The position numbers and the translations under genes were made by a program. A stretch of DNA of 64,000 bases, from positions 24,647,758-24,711,757 of the forward strand of contig MU056905.1 of the NCBI GenBank assembly GCA_013239625.1, read 5' to 3'. The notes under the pieces were generated by a model, which saw nothing but the letters and a program-made list of their open reading frames with translations, ran no database searches and was not told the origin of the DNA. This DNA is from Lama guanicoe. Taxonomy: Eukaryota. This document shows positions 24,310 through 36,772 of the stretch, piece by piece; the first letter of the stretch is position 1, and each line of letters starts with the position of its first letter.

Positions 24310-25298
24310 TGTGAAATCCAAAGTGAATTTTCTTTTTGCTTCTCTTTCTTCCAAAACACACACTGTGGTGGAGACAAGGCTTCTGATCACCAGTGTCAGT
24401 GTGTGGCAGAGGGTGGGGGAATTTGCCTCATACCACCAAGCAATTTTCTGACACCAGCTGGGTGTCCTAAATTCAACTGGATTCTGACACTATTCCTTGG
24501 AGATATCATCAGATTCCATGGGTTAAGGCCTCATTCCCACCAGGTGTCCTCCACTTCAGATGCCAGGTGTGAGTCCAGATTTTTACCTGTGCTTCTGACC
24601 TACATGCTATAAATCAGAGGGTCCCATGACCCCTCTCCATGTGTTCAACAAATTGCTAGAGCAGCTCACAGAACTCAGGAAACCTGCTTACCATTAGATT
24701 AGCAATTTATTACAAAGTATAATAAAAGATACAAATCAATAGCCAAATGAAGACATACATAGGGTGAGGTCCCAAACAAAGGAGTTTCTGCCTGGTGGAG
24801 TTTGGGCTTGGCACAGTGGCATGCGGAAATGTTCTGATTCAGCAACCTAGAAGCTCTCCAAACTGCTTGCTGTTAAGTTTTTCTGGAGGCTTCATTACAT
24901 AGGGACGATTGATTAAATCTTTGGCCATTGGTTATTCATTTAACCTCTAACCCCTCTCCCTTCCCCAGAAATCAGGGGTAGGGGGACAGAAAGTTCCACC
25001 TTTCTATCTAATGTTGGTTACCCTGGCAACCAGCCTCCCCTTTAGATGCTTTGCAAAAGTCACCTTATTATCATAAACCCAATTGTGGTGGAAAGGGGTT
25101 TGTTATGAAAAACAGAACATCTGGTTCACCTTGATGGCTCTAAAGTGATTTCAGGAAGAAGACAAGAGACAAAATATAACCAAAGATGCTCCCATTGCTC
25201 TTATAGCTCAAGAAATTCCAAGGGTTTTGGGAATTGCGAGCCAGGAACCATAGATGAAGAGTAAATATTTATGAGAAGTGTATTTTTGTCATCTGAGT

Positions 25299-25345
<47 letters not shown>

Positions 25346-25381
25346 TATATGTGTATATAATTTATAAATCACAATATTGCA
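24310..25381 (-). mobile_element. ERV solo LTR, MER21-like, with internal (TA)n(CA)n
   Basis: Minus strand begins tgcaatattgtgatttataa; 'gacaccagctgggtgtcc', 'ttgctagagcagctcacagaactcagga', 'aattccaagggttttggga' hallmarks. Confidence 0.8.
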
Positions 25382-25399
25382 GATAACTAGTCCTCCAAC

Positions 25400-25880
25400 A
25401 TCCATTTTTCACTTTTTTATTTTATTACTGGGTCTCCCCAGTTCCTCCACCTCCCGTATTTATCTGAGTACATGGCTGTCCAGTTTGAGACTAGATTTCT
25501 TTGTGTCTCTTGCAGCTAAGGTGTGGTCATGTGATGAAGCTTTAGCCAGTGGGATGTGAGTGGGAGAAATGTGTGGTAAGAAAGCTGCTTGCTGTCCACT
25601 CTTCCTTCCTTTCATTTTCTCCTCCGCATTTTCTCAGACTGGGAAAGGGAGTCACCTTAGACCCAGAGATGGAAGTCACACATTAAGGGTATCAGAGATA
25701 ACCTACGAGCTCAGGTCACAGAATGACTTTGCAGATCACATCTGCTTAGCTATCCCATCCCGAACCACTTGCCTACTGCTGGTCTGTTACGTGAGAGAGA
25801 AATAAACTTCTGTCTTAAGTATGCTATTCTATTTTCAGGTCTCTTTGTTAAAGCAACTTGACTTTTACCCTAACTCATGT
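25400..25880 (+). mobile_element. ERVL LTR (LTR16/LTR33-like)
   Basis: 'ttgcagctaaggtgtggtcatgtga...tttagccagtgggatgtgag'; 'gtgagagagaaataaacttct'. Confidence 0.7.
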
Positions 25881-26027
25881 TAAACAAATATATAGCAGAC
25901 ACAATCTCATAAACACACACTGCCTAATACAGCACTTAGAACTCAGGAGCTCATAAATGCTAGATTCATGCATTTAATAACAGTGGCTAAGCTCCTATTG
26001 TATATTAGGCAGAGAGTTGCACAGATT

Positions 26028-26063
<36 letters not shown>
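26028..26063. repeat. (TTG)n microsatellite
   Basis: Seen directly. Confidence 0.95.
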
Positions 26064-27039
26064 ACTGTTATTGTTATTATTTTGGCCAGGAGCCAACAAA
26101 TGAGAAGGGAACGGTAGGGAAAAAAATAACAAAAAAAGGGAAATTAAAGGCGAAGAGTACTGTAACAGAGGACTCTGTCAGGGGTGGTATCCAGAGAAAA
26201 TGAAAGGATTTGGACATCTCTTAAAAGTTTGCTGCAGTAGGATGAAATACGAGTCATGAAATGAGGCATCTATTCAGGGCACCTGTACAGTTTCTTCCAC
26301 AGAGTTTGGAAGCCTCCTCTCGCTTGTTTCTGGGTCTGACCTTGAGCTGGGGCGAGAGTAGGGGGTGGCTACGGGCTGACTGCTTTTTCACTTCAGACTT
26401 CCAACACTTGCTTTTCAAAGGTTTTTGTGTCGGGTACAGGGGTGGCAGTAGAGACGAAGGTTAGGTTTAGAGGATTACTGACAATCCCATAATAACTTTT
26501 GAAATAGCTTTTCAGATCAATTCCCATTCATTTCCCACTTTACAGAGAAAAGAGGACCAGGGAAGGATCAACAGTTATGAGAAAAACTAAGAGGGAAAAA
26601 CTCCACTCACCACACCTGGAAATGGAAGATATCTCTTTATTCTCATGTCCTGTTTTCTTTCCCCCACCGTCTCCTGTGGCTTATTTGTGTGTTTCTTCTC
26701 TCATCCACAACGATTTTTATTTTTTATATTAAGAATATCCTGGGAAGAAGATACTCAGTGAGAGATCATTGCAAAATTTCCCGAAAAGAATATACATAAT
26801 ATCTTGGGGGTTAACTGAGAGATGCTAAGCATGAAAAATATTTTTTGTCAAATTAGGTTGTCCTGTCTATTTTGTCTAATTGCACAAAATCTCCTGTCAT
26901 GCTCATTTGCAGTAGTGGCATTTTTTTATCTTTAGTTATAATGGCCTTGCTCTTTATGAATAACTTTCCCGAATGTGCCCTACATTTTAAAAATATCTTT
27001 CATTTTCAGGTTGTAGAGTATATGCTTTTATACAGATCA

Positions 27040-27122
27040 TTCATCCTCTGTAGGCCTCAGTTTCCTCATCTGTAAAATGACTAGATAATCTCAGAAACCT
27101 CCTTCGGGCCCCAAATTCCACA
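27040..27122 (+). mobile_element. MIR3/MIRc core fragment
   Basis: 'ggcctcagtttcctcatctgtaaaatga'. Confidence 0.75.
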
Positions 27123-27129
27123 CTTTGAG

Positions 27130-28740
27130 TTCCTTATAAACATATTGATTAAAGTCTGGTGACGACTGTTAGCTACAATGACAACAGAAAAATGAAGCAT
27201 ATTAACATTAGTGTTAATGCAATAATCAGCTGTGTTTTGTTCCATTTGGCAATTTGTTTCAACGATTAAGCCAAACTCCATCTGTTTTGGCATACACAAA
27301 TTTTCTGATGAGTTCTTGAACCACATCTTTGGAAATCATTTCAAGTTTTTCAAATATTACTACCATCAATAAATGACAACTGTGCGGAATCTTTCTGATT
27401 TAAAAAAAAATCACTGATGCCAAAGCCTATCTTATATGACAAGGGAATGTTTTGCTTATTTGACCTTACAGATATGTTGCACGGTCTAATCGATAGACCC
27501 AGAAAAGGAAGATAAATCTCAGTGTTGGCATGGAGGGAACGCACATGGGGTGGTGGTTTCTAGAGCAGGCAAACCAAGCCTCAACACTGTCAGCAGCGGA
27601 TTTCTGTTTTTCTGACCTGAGGCTCCTGTTAGGACAGGATGTGCCTCAATCTGTGATGGAGACAAGAGAAATGGTACACTCCACACATCTGGCAGGGGTG
27701 CCTTTCTTTGGCTTGGCTTGAGCTGCATTGACAGCATAGCAATAGGGAACATTTGTCTTTATCTTTATAACACTTGACAAAAGGCATGATTACTGCTGTA
27801 AGGGTATCAAAATAAAGAAAAAATGGGCTGTCCAAGAGCCCTGCCTTTTATCACATTCAGAAATGCTAACGCAGACTTGCAGGATAGAAATTCCTTGTCA
27901 AATTGCTTCTAAAAATCATTACTTTCCTCTAGATAATATGTGAAGCCCATTGATCTCACCTGTATCTCCCCCAAATCCCCATCTTGAAAGTTGGGGACAG
28001 TCTTTTCCTGGCCCAGGCTGACCCTCCGTAGTCTGGGAGTTACCTCCATGTGGCTCATTGCATCTGCCAGCCTGACAGTATGCACACCATCCCTTGCATG
28101 TGTAGGAAACAGGGAGAAAAAAAAAAAAGCTAGCTGGCAGCTTATTAACAAATATTGAATGTATATGGCAAAAATTCGATTTATTTTGCAGTAAGTGTTA
28201 GGATGTCTCCAGGCAAATTAGAGCCGGAGCTGACTTTGTTCAGCCCCTTTATTTATTTTCCTATTCCTTGTTTCCTAATTAGGCAGGCAGGCTTTCTTCT
28301 GCTTCACAAACACCCTCTCTGCCTAAATTATCGCAGGTCTATTGAAGCCTGAACACAATGGGCTTACGCATTCATATTAACACCATGATAGGGAGGTATA
28401 ATCCACCCTTTTGCATAACGCCGCCAAATCACTTCAAGAACGATACTAAATGCCTTTATGGCACAGTATGCATTTTCCTAGTCTGACTTGCGGGGGCCTG
28501 CATGTACTATAGCCAACGATTTGTCCAAAGAAATCGTGAACAGTAGATGGGTCTGAGAAGTGTTTGCTTTGAAAGGCCACCTCCTTCAGTGTATGGCACC
28601 AAAGTCTTTTTTTTCCCCCAAAGTGTTCTCTTTCAGCAGGCCTTTGCAAAAGAGGGCACTTTCTCACAATTCCTCATGAAGAGCAATTCAAGAATTAAAT
28701 CAATGGCCATGTCCTAAAGCTTGTTTGGAATTCAACATTT
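27130..28740. promoter_or_regulatory. Repeat-free block, putative conserved enhancer cluster
   Basis: No recognisable repeat over 1.6 kb; TAAT/ATTA, TGACAG, E-box and NFI half-site motifs; inference only. Confidence 0.35.
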
Positions 28741-28771
28741 TATTTGGACTTAGCATTCTTTTGTAGGATTT

Positions 28772-28932
28772 AGAGCACTTCTCAACCTTGGCTGTCCATT
28801 AGAATCACATGAGGAGCTTTAAAAAGATGTTGATGCCCAAGCCCCTTCCCAAACCAATTAAATTAGAGTATCAGAGGGTGGGCTCGGGCCTCCAGGTAAT
28901 TTTAACGGGCAGCAAGGGTTAAAAGGCACTGG
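28772..28932. mobile_element. MER5A-type hAT-Charlie MITE
   Basis: 'cttctcaaccttggctgtccattagaatcacatgaggagctttaaaa...ccaggtaattttaacgggcagcaaggg'. Confidence 0.85.
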
Positions 28933-28944
28933 GTTTGTTTGGTT

Positions 28945-29456
28945 TTTTTAATGAAGGTTATATTATTTTATTATTTTTAGATTGAACTATAGTCAGTTTA
29001 CAATGTTGTGTCAGTTTTTAGTATACAGCATAATGCTTCAGTCATACATATATGTACATATATTTGTTTTCATATTCTTTTTCATTATAGGTTACTACAA
29101 GATACTGAATATAGTTCCCTGAGCTATACAGTAGGACCTTGTTGTTTACCTATTTTACATATAGTTATTGATATCTGCAAATCTCAAATTCCCTGTTTAT
29201 TCCTTACCACCCCCTTTACCCTCTGGTAACCATAAGTTTGTTCTCTATGTCTGTGAGTCTGTTTCTGTATTATAAGTAAGTTCATTTCTGTCTTTTTTCT
29301 TTTGATTGCACATATGAATGATATCAAATGGTATTTTTCTTTCTTTCTGACTTACTTTACTTAGAATGATGATCTCTGTCCATCCATGTTGCTGCAAATG
29401 GCATTGTTTTAGTCCTCATTATGGCTGAGTAGTATTCCATTGTATAAGTATATCAC
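28945..29456 (-). mobile_element. L1 3' end (artiodactyl/camelid-type, older copy)
   Basis: T-rich start, then 'attgaactatagtcagtttacaatgttgtg...catgttgctgcaaatggcatt...tagtattccattgt'. Confidence 0.9.
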
Positions 29457-30950
29457 CTTTTCTTTTTTTTTAACATTTTTTATTGATTTATAATCATTTT
29501 ACAATGTTGTGTCAAATTCCAGTGTAGAGCAGTTTTTCAGTTATACATGAACATATATATATATTCATTGCCACAATTTTTTCTCTGTGAGCTACCATAA
29601 GATCTTGTATATATTTCCCTGTGCTATACAGTATAATCTTGTTTATCTATTCTACAATTTTGAAATCCCAGTCTGTCTCTTCCCATCCCCTGCCCCCTTG
29701 GCAACCACAAGTTTGTATTCTATGTCTGTGAGTCTATTTCTGTTTCATATTTATGCTTTGTTTGTTGTTGGGTTTTTTTTTTTAAGATTGCAGATATAAG
29801 AGATCTCATATGGTATTTTTCTTTCTCTTTCTGGCTTACTTCACTTAGAATGACATTCTCCAGGAACATCCATGTTGCTGCAAATGGNNNNNNNNNNNNN
29901 NNNNNNNNNNNNNNNNNNNNNNNNNNNNNNNNNNNNNNNNNNNNNNNNNNNNNNNNNNNNNNNNNNNNNNNNNNNNNNNNNNNNNNNNNNNNNNNNNNNN
30001 NNNNNNNNNNNNNNNNNNNNNNNNNNNNNNNNNNNNNNNTTTTGAATTAGAGTTCCCTCCAGATATGGGGTTGCTGGATCATAGGGTAAGTCTGCTTTTA
30101 GGTTTCTGAGGAATCTCTGTTCGTGGATTTTTAAAAATTTTTTCCTTTTTTTCAGTTTTATTAGGTAGAATTATTACAGTTTGCACATATACATTATGTT
30201 TCTTGTAACTACATATAAAACAATATATGGCACTTTTTAAATTTACATTTATGTACTGGTCATTGTTTCTAAGAACTTACTAGAGCTTTAACTTTTTTAA
30301 CTACACAGTTTAAAGAAATAAAGCCAACCACAAAATAAGAATCAACAGAATGCAGGTAATCCAATCATAAAGGGCAGTCAAATGTGCTTATACATATTCA
30401 AGAAATCAATCGTGGAATTTTTTAATGATGGCCATTCTGACTGGTGTGAGGTGATACCTCATTGTAGTTTTGATTTGCATTTCTCTGATAATTAGCAATT
30501 TTGAGCACTTTTTCATTGCCTATTGGCCATTTATATATCTTCATTGGAGAATTGCTTGTTTAGGTCTTCTGTCCATTTTTGGATTGAGTTGTTTGGTTTT
30601 TTTGTTATTAAGCTGTATGAGCTGTTTATATATTCTGGAAATTAAGCTCCTGTCAGTCACATCATTTGCAAATATTTTCTCCCATTTTGTAGGGGTTTTT
30701 TTTGTTTTGCTTATGGTTTCTTTTGCTGTGCAAAAGCTTCTAAGTTTAATTAGGTCCCATTTGTTTATTTTTGCTTTTTTTTTCTGTTGCCTGGGTAGAC
30801 TGCCCTAGGAGAACACTGCTAAGATTTATGTCAGAAAATATTTAGCTATGTTTTCTTCTTGGAGGTTTATCGTGTCTTGTCTTAGATTTAAGTCTTTAAG
30901 CCATTTTGAGTTTATTTTTGTGTGTGGTATGAGGGAGTGTTCTACCTTCA
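29457..30950 (-). mobile_element. Younger L1 3'UTR plus ORF2 3' region, with N-run 29888-30039 and a retrocopy insert
   Basis: Poly(T) 29457-29471; near-identical to copies at 37711-38146 and 63515-64000; 'gccattctgactggtgtgaggtgatacctcattgtagttttgatttgcatttctctgat' antisense ORF2. Confidence 0.92.
30133..30409 (-). pseudogene. 5'-truncated retrocopy of an mRNA 3'UTR-like sequence (parent unidentified)
   Basis: Non-L1 AT-rich sequence; minus-strand AATAAA at 30157-30162 before a degenerate A-tail; TSD tcgtggattttt (30121-30132) / tcgtggaatttttt (30410-30423). Confidence 0.7.
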
Positions 30951-31084
30951 TTTATTCAGTAAGTATTTGAATGACTACTATCCATTAGGAAGAAGACTAT
31001 ACACCATAGCGGGTGCAAAGGCAAAGGAATTTCTGTGTTCTCAAAGTAGCTGGTAAATTCATACAGGCCATGAGGTTTTCATTC

Positions 31085-31870
31085 TTTCCACACATATTAT
31101 TGAATACTGTGATGTGTTCTAAGCACTGGGGAGTCAGCAGGGTACAGGACAGTCAAGGTCTCTGCTATCACTGAGCTTGCATTCTAGTAAACACATTTTA
31201 AAAATTGGTACTGATGAGTTCTAGAAAGACATGAACACAGAGGTAACATGATAGAGAGTGGCTGGGACGGGATAAGAGTTCTCAGATGCTTCTCTAAGCA
31301 GCAGATCTGAATGATGTGGGGAAAAAGAAACCCAATCAAGTGAAGATCTTGAGGGATCGAGTCCTAGGCAGAAGGAACTCCAGTGCCTACCAAAGTCTCA
31401 GTAAGAGTGAGCAACTGCCTGGAGCAGAGAGAAGCCAATGTCTTCAGTGGAGGTAGGAGGTCAGAGATGAGTTCAGAGGTAGACAAGGAGTAAACATTCT
31501 GCATAAATGTCACCTTGACAGGGGGAAGAAAGCAGGCAAGAGATGGAGATGCAGACTCATGGTTCTGAGCGTTTGGAGAGAAAAGACTATTGCTTTGGTA
31601 GGGCCATTCAGTATTCTTGGAAAAGGTGGTTTTGAATTATGCCTTGAAGGACAGCACCTCAGAAGCTGGAGGAGAAGAACATTTTGAATGGTGATATTTC
31701 TCTGTAAAGACAAAAGGCACAACAATCTACAGTATGAACAGAGAGTAGCAGATTATGCAGCTTGACTGGAATGAAGGATACATGAAGTAGTAATGAGAGC
31801 TCAGAGGTTGAGGTAACAAAGGATTTTGTATGTTGAGAACTTGGACTTTATCCTAAAGACAAAGAGAAAC
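31085..31870 (-). mobile_element. L2 fragments
   Basis: 'tattattgaatactgtgatgtgttctaagcactgggga...tgagcttgcattctagt'; 'cttggactttatcctaaagac'. Confidence 0.7.
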
Positions 31871-32209
31871 CCAAGTATATTTGCTGCTTCCTTCTTCATC
31901 CTTATCTCTGGCCAATTCCTGCCTTACTCTTTGTAACCCAGAAACTGCAAACTACTCCTAACCACCCCACCTCCCATATCCACATACTTACTCCCCCATG
32001 GGTTGGGTTTTTGCGGTTGTCATTCCCTCTGTTTGGAGTATCTTTCCCATACCTTGGGCTTCTTCTTGTCAACTAGCCAAACTCCTCTCAATCTTTGAGT
32101 TAGCCACAGTTCCTCCAGGAAGGTGTCCCTGACCCTCCTTGGTGATTCCATAAAATGAGAGGCATATTTTCTTACCATGCTGGGTTGCTCATTCCTGAGT
32201 GCTAGAAAC

Positions 32210-32430
32210 CAGCTCTTTATTGAGTATTAGGTACTGTTCTGAGTGCTTGCATTATATTCTAATTGATAGACAGGTAATAAACACTGACCATAGCAAATAA
32301 GCAAATTATATAGTTTGTTATGGGACAGTATGATAGGAAAAAGTAGTTCAGGAAATGGGAGTGTTGCAGGAGGGCAGATTAAAAGGTTGGAATAGGTCTA
32401 ATTGAGAAGGCAGAACTTGAGCAGAGACTT
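32210..32430 (-). mobile_element. L2a fragment
   Basis: 'tttattgagtattaggtactgttctgagtgct...attgagaaggcagaacttgagcagagactt'. Confidence 0.65.
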
Positions 32431-32542
32431 AGATTGGCCAATCTTTCAAATTTGTCAGAGACTGAGGCATTTCCTGGGATGCAGGACTTTCAGTGCTAAA
32501 ACTTGGGGCAGTCCTTGGCAAACCAGGGTGGTTGGTCACCCT
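32430..32542. mobile_element. MER81 hAT-Blackjack MITE
   Basis: 'ttcctgggatgcaggactttcagtgctaaaact...ggcaaaccagggtggttggtcaccct'. Confidence 0.85.
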
Positions 32543-32599
32543 GGAACTGTTGGTATTTGTCGTATCTACTAGTTTTACACAACTTGAGGACAGGAGCTA

Positions 32600-32770
32600 G
32601 AGAGGCTGTATAATGTGGTGGCTAAGACTACAGGCTTTGGGTCAGGCTGGCTTGGTTCAAATCATGGCTTGGCCATTTGTTAGCATAATGACCTTGGGCT
32701 AGTATGATTTTTAACCTCCCTGAGCTTCTGTTTCTTCATCTATGAAATGGAAGTAGCTGGAACAGTATAA
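32600..32770 (+). mobile_element. MIR SINE
   Basis: 'gtggtggctaagactacaggctttggg...tgaccttgggc...tttcttcatctatgaaatgg'. Confidence 0.8.
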
Positions 32771-32789
32771 ACAGTCAATGAATTTTGCT

Positions 32790-33900
32790 GTGATTATTGT
32801 TCGTAGTGCCTAGCATGATCCCTGGGGGCAGAATAGCTCCCCAATAGATGTTTGTTGAAGGAACAGATGAATAAATGTTTATCTACCATATACTGGGCAA
32901 TACTGGGCACTGGGATATGCTCTGGATATACAAAAATGAGCAAGGCATGATTTCTGCCTTCAAGAAGATCACAGTCCAGCAAGGATGACACACATGCAAA
33001 CACCATATTTTATCATACAAATGCTGTCTTGCTTCACCATTGCAATCTTCATTCCCCTCCCATGGTGTACCTTTCTCTCTCTCTCTCTCTCTCTTCTTTT
33101 TGGTAGAGCATATAACCTTCTAATATACTGTATAGTATTCTTATATGTCACAATTATTCCCACTGGAATGAGACTTCTTAAAGGCAGGGGCCTTGGTTTT
33201 GTTCATTGAGATGTTCCAAGTACTGGGAAGAGTACCTGGCACTAAGAAGATGCTCAGTAATGTTTAGTGACTTAATAAATGGAAGTTCTGTTTCATATGA
33301 TAAGGGCTCTAAAGAGGGATGTACAAGGTGTGGATGACTTCTTGTTTTGGACAGAGTCAGGGAAGAGTCCATAGACAATGTGACATTGTAGGTTGACCTT
33401 GAAAGATTTATAGTGTTTCTTTAGGAGGAGAATACAGGATGGTATTTCAGGCTCAGAGTCCAACAAGACAACCTGACAGATGCAGGAGAGCCGGGAGAAT
33501 GCAGGGTCATGGAAGATGGAGAGAGGGATTGAGGGGGTGACCCTATAGTATCAAATGCTGAAGAGAACCTGAGGCAGTTGAACATGGGTGCAGTTTAAGA
33601 TATGTTTCAGCTTGCTGGTGGAAAACTGATCAAAGGCTGAAGCAGTGTGTTGAGTGACAATGTGGAGAACAGCATGTAGTTACTCAAGAATATAGATGGA
33701 GATGAGTTGATAATTTGAGACAGGATTGTTTTAATTTCTAGTGAAGTAAGATCACTTGAGCAGGTTAGTAAGCTAAAGAGAAATAGCCAACAGAAGAGGC
33801 AAGAATAAACATAGAAGAGGGCACAACTGATTCAATGAAGGTCTGAAAGAAATAAGAAGGGATGAAATTGAGAGGACAGAGAAAGGGAGAATTAAATCTG
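32790..33900. mobile_element. Cluster of L2 fragments in both orientations
   Basis: + strand 3' ends near 32800-32870 and 33150-33280; antisense pieces near 32865-32990 and 33300-33900. Confidence 0.65.
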
Positions 33901-34638
33901 AAGAGAAAAACTCACTTTTTTTCTCAGAAAATAGCGGGAAGGAGAGGTGGATGGGCGTCTTACCACTTGTGGAACCCAATACTGATTCATCAACTCATTG
34001 AGGATGGTATTGTTTACAGAAGCTGAGTCATTATTGGCAACTAACTTGAAACTTGTTGCCTCACTTTTTGTTGGATGACAGTTAAGAAAGGTGGCAACTA
34101 GAAGACTTTCTTCATGAGGAATGTTTAGAAAAAAGTTTTTTTAATGATTGGAAAATACAGGGTATTATATTGGAATTTTCTAACCCAGAATTTACTAAAA
34201 AACTCTGTTTCCAACCATTGTTAAAAGTGATTGCTTTTTTCTTTCACGACAATGATAAATTGAAAGAACATTTTGTTTTTAAAATTTTGAAGAGATTCAG
34301 AAGCTCCCTCCAAATTTTAAAGCTAATTATCCTGAGTTGCGGAGGTAGATACAGATGGTGTAAGGTGTTGGTATTAATGAGTATGGAATTTACAATGTCC
34401 CTGGAGAGAGCCTTTTTTCCCCCTAAAAATCCCTCAATTCCATTGTAGCAAAAGTATGTAGTGAATTGAGGATTTAAGTTATTTAGCTTTTACTTATTTT
34501 TGACTTTGTATTACCTCTGAAACTTAACTTCTAGAAATAAGGAAATGGAAGATTATAATAATGAGTAACCAAGGTTTTACAATTTAAATTTTGCTTATAA
34601 ATTTTGTATTGGGTGTGTAATCTTTATATTTTGCCATC

Positions 34639-35027
34639 NNNNNNNNNNNNNNNNNNNNNNNNNNNNNNNNNNNNNNNNNNNNNNNNNNNNNNNNNNNNNN
34701 NNNNNNNNNNNNNNNNNNNNNNNNNNNNNNNNNNNNNNNNNNNNNNNNNNNNNNNNNNNNNNNNNNNNNNNNNNNNNNNNNNNNNNNNNNNNNNNNNNNN
34801 NNNNNNNNNNNNNNNNNNNNNNNNNNNNNNNNNNNNNNNNNNNGATTNNNNNNNNNNNNNNNNNNNNNNNNNNNNNNNNNNNNNNNNNNNNNNNNNNNNN
34901 NNNNNNNNNNNNNNNNNNNNNNNNNNNNNNNNNNNNNNNNNNNNNNNNNNNNNNNNNNNNNNNNNNNNNNNNNNNNNNNNNNNNNNNNNNNNNNNNNNNN
35001 NNNNNNNNNNNNNNNNNNNNNNNNNNN
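34639..35027. other. Two N-runs (205 and 180 nt) separated by a 4-nt island GATT (34844-34847)
   Basis: Seen directly. Confidence 1.
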
Positions 35028-35850
35028 ATTGTTAGCTGGGGCAAAGGCCATATGCTCACAAACAGTGCTTTTTGAAGAGACTATTTTGTACAGCTGCATG
35101 TTTTCATTATTAGGCACTTGCAGTCTCCATCACTGACAGGTAGTGACAAATTAAAAGCTGAAGTCGAGTAGAGGCTGGTGTAGGTATCTTCTCATTTTTC
35201 ACCTTGAAAGCTGTTTCTACTGTCCTTTTGCTTGGTCATGGGATCATTAGTAGCTTCTCTCCAAATTTAGGGATGTAATCTGATGTCTATAGAATTTTAT
35301 TACCATAAACATGGCCAGGTATCTAAAGAGGGATGGTCTGCTCTGACTGCCTGATTGTGTGAGAGGATGCCTGTTAAAGATGGTGAGCACCTCAGAAATA
35401 ATGCTCTGCTGTGGGCTCATTTGAATAATCTCTCCACTCATTAAACACAGCTGCAAGGCAAGAGGCAGCAGAGTTCAAAAGGCAAGCCAAGGGAATATAT
35501 TAGTAATAGAATTATAGTTTAAGCCTTTAGGCATGTTTCACCAATATTTTTGTACTCCATTAATTACAACAAGAACACTTTTGTCATTTACTGAAAAAAA
35601 AAAAAGGTTAGAGGAATATTTTGACTAAGAAACGTAAGTAAAATGTATATGTTTTATAAAAGTGTTAGGTAGGCTGCAATTAAATTTTAAGACAAACTCT
35701 GGAAGTTATCCAACAAGTCATTTCCTCATTATACAATTTAAATCCCTAGTGAGCTGGGATTAGAAACCGTCAGCACAATTTAGCTTCATGAGTCACTTTA
35801 CCCCTGGCGTAGTACATGGGCGTCTTCACAGTCTTCTGTATGCGGACAGC

Positions 35851-35874
35851 TGTGTGTGTGTGTGTGTGTATGTG
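35851..35874. repeat. (TG)n microsatellite
   Basis: Seen directly. Confidence 0.9.
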
Positions 35875-36772
35875 CGCTCTGTTGGGTGATTTCTGGCCTA
35901 AATCCCAGAATGCCTCTTACTCATCCCTACTCAGATCATCACATTTATGATAAGACTACGAGATATTTAATGGAAGGGAGAAAAGAGTGGAAATAGGAGA
36001 TGGAAACAAAACTAAAAGCTTCCTCTGGAAGACCTCACTGGTACCATTTCTCTTCCTCTCTGTCTTTGCGGTTTGGGGTCACTTCAGACTCTTCTGGAGT
36101 TGCAGGCTATCAGGTCTTGTTTTTGTTCTCCATCTGTCCCCACCCCTAATCTCATCCACCACACCATCTTGCCTGGGTGACTCACCAACATGACATTTGA
36201 AAATATTAGGAATTTGATGTATTTAAATTCTGAATGGTTCAACTCTGAATCCAATTCTGTATCCTCCCTTGGGCTGTGGATTGAATTGAGCTGAGTTTTA
36301 TTACCCCAGGGATGCATGTCCTCTTCCAGTATAAAAGCGAATGGCTTTCACTTTGTCACAGAGTTTCCAAAAGGATTTTAAGGATATACTGAACTCCAAG
36401 GGTGGACAACCCCATTCTTTTTCCTCTCTTCACACACCTGCCTAAATTGACAAAAAGGGTAGATGTTGCACAACTAGAGGGTGTCAAGAGATTCTAGCTC
36501 TCTGTTTTCACCCTCATTTCATATGAAGCTTTTCTTAAGGAATGATGCAAAATGGTGACCCAGAGAAATGTTTTGTTTTGCCCTGTTTTTCAGGCATCTT
36601 ATTCATCCAGCATTATATGTATAAATAGTTCCTCTCAGTTGAATTTTCCCAATAACTGAATGTAGCAGAGTTTGAAGAAGAGTAAACTGAGCGTTTGTCA
36701 CTTGCTTTTGGATTGGATCTCTGTGTCTATCTATGTGACTTCGTACATGTTAAATGGTAAGCAAAGTGTGAG

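Noticed and set aside
30470-30808. 112-aa ORF ([15 protein letters not shown]...)
   Set aside because: Antisense reading of L1 ORF2 sequence, a common spurious peptide
34584-35117. ORFs spanning N-runs (also near 3482, 6483, 42970, 47704, 49017, 56260, 58101)
   Set aside because: Open only because N codons contain no stops
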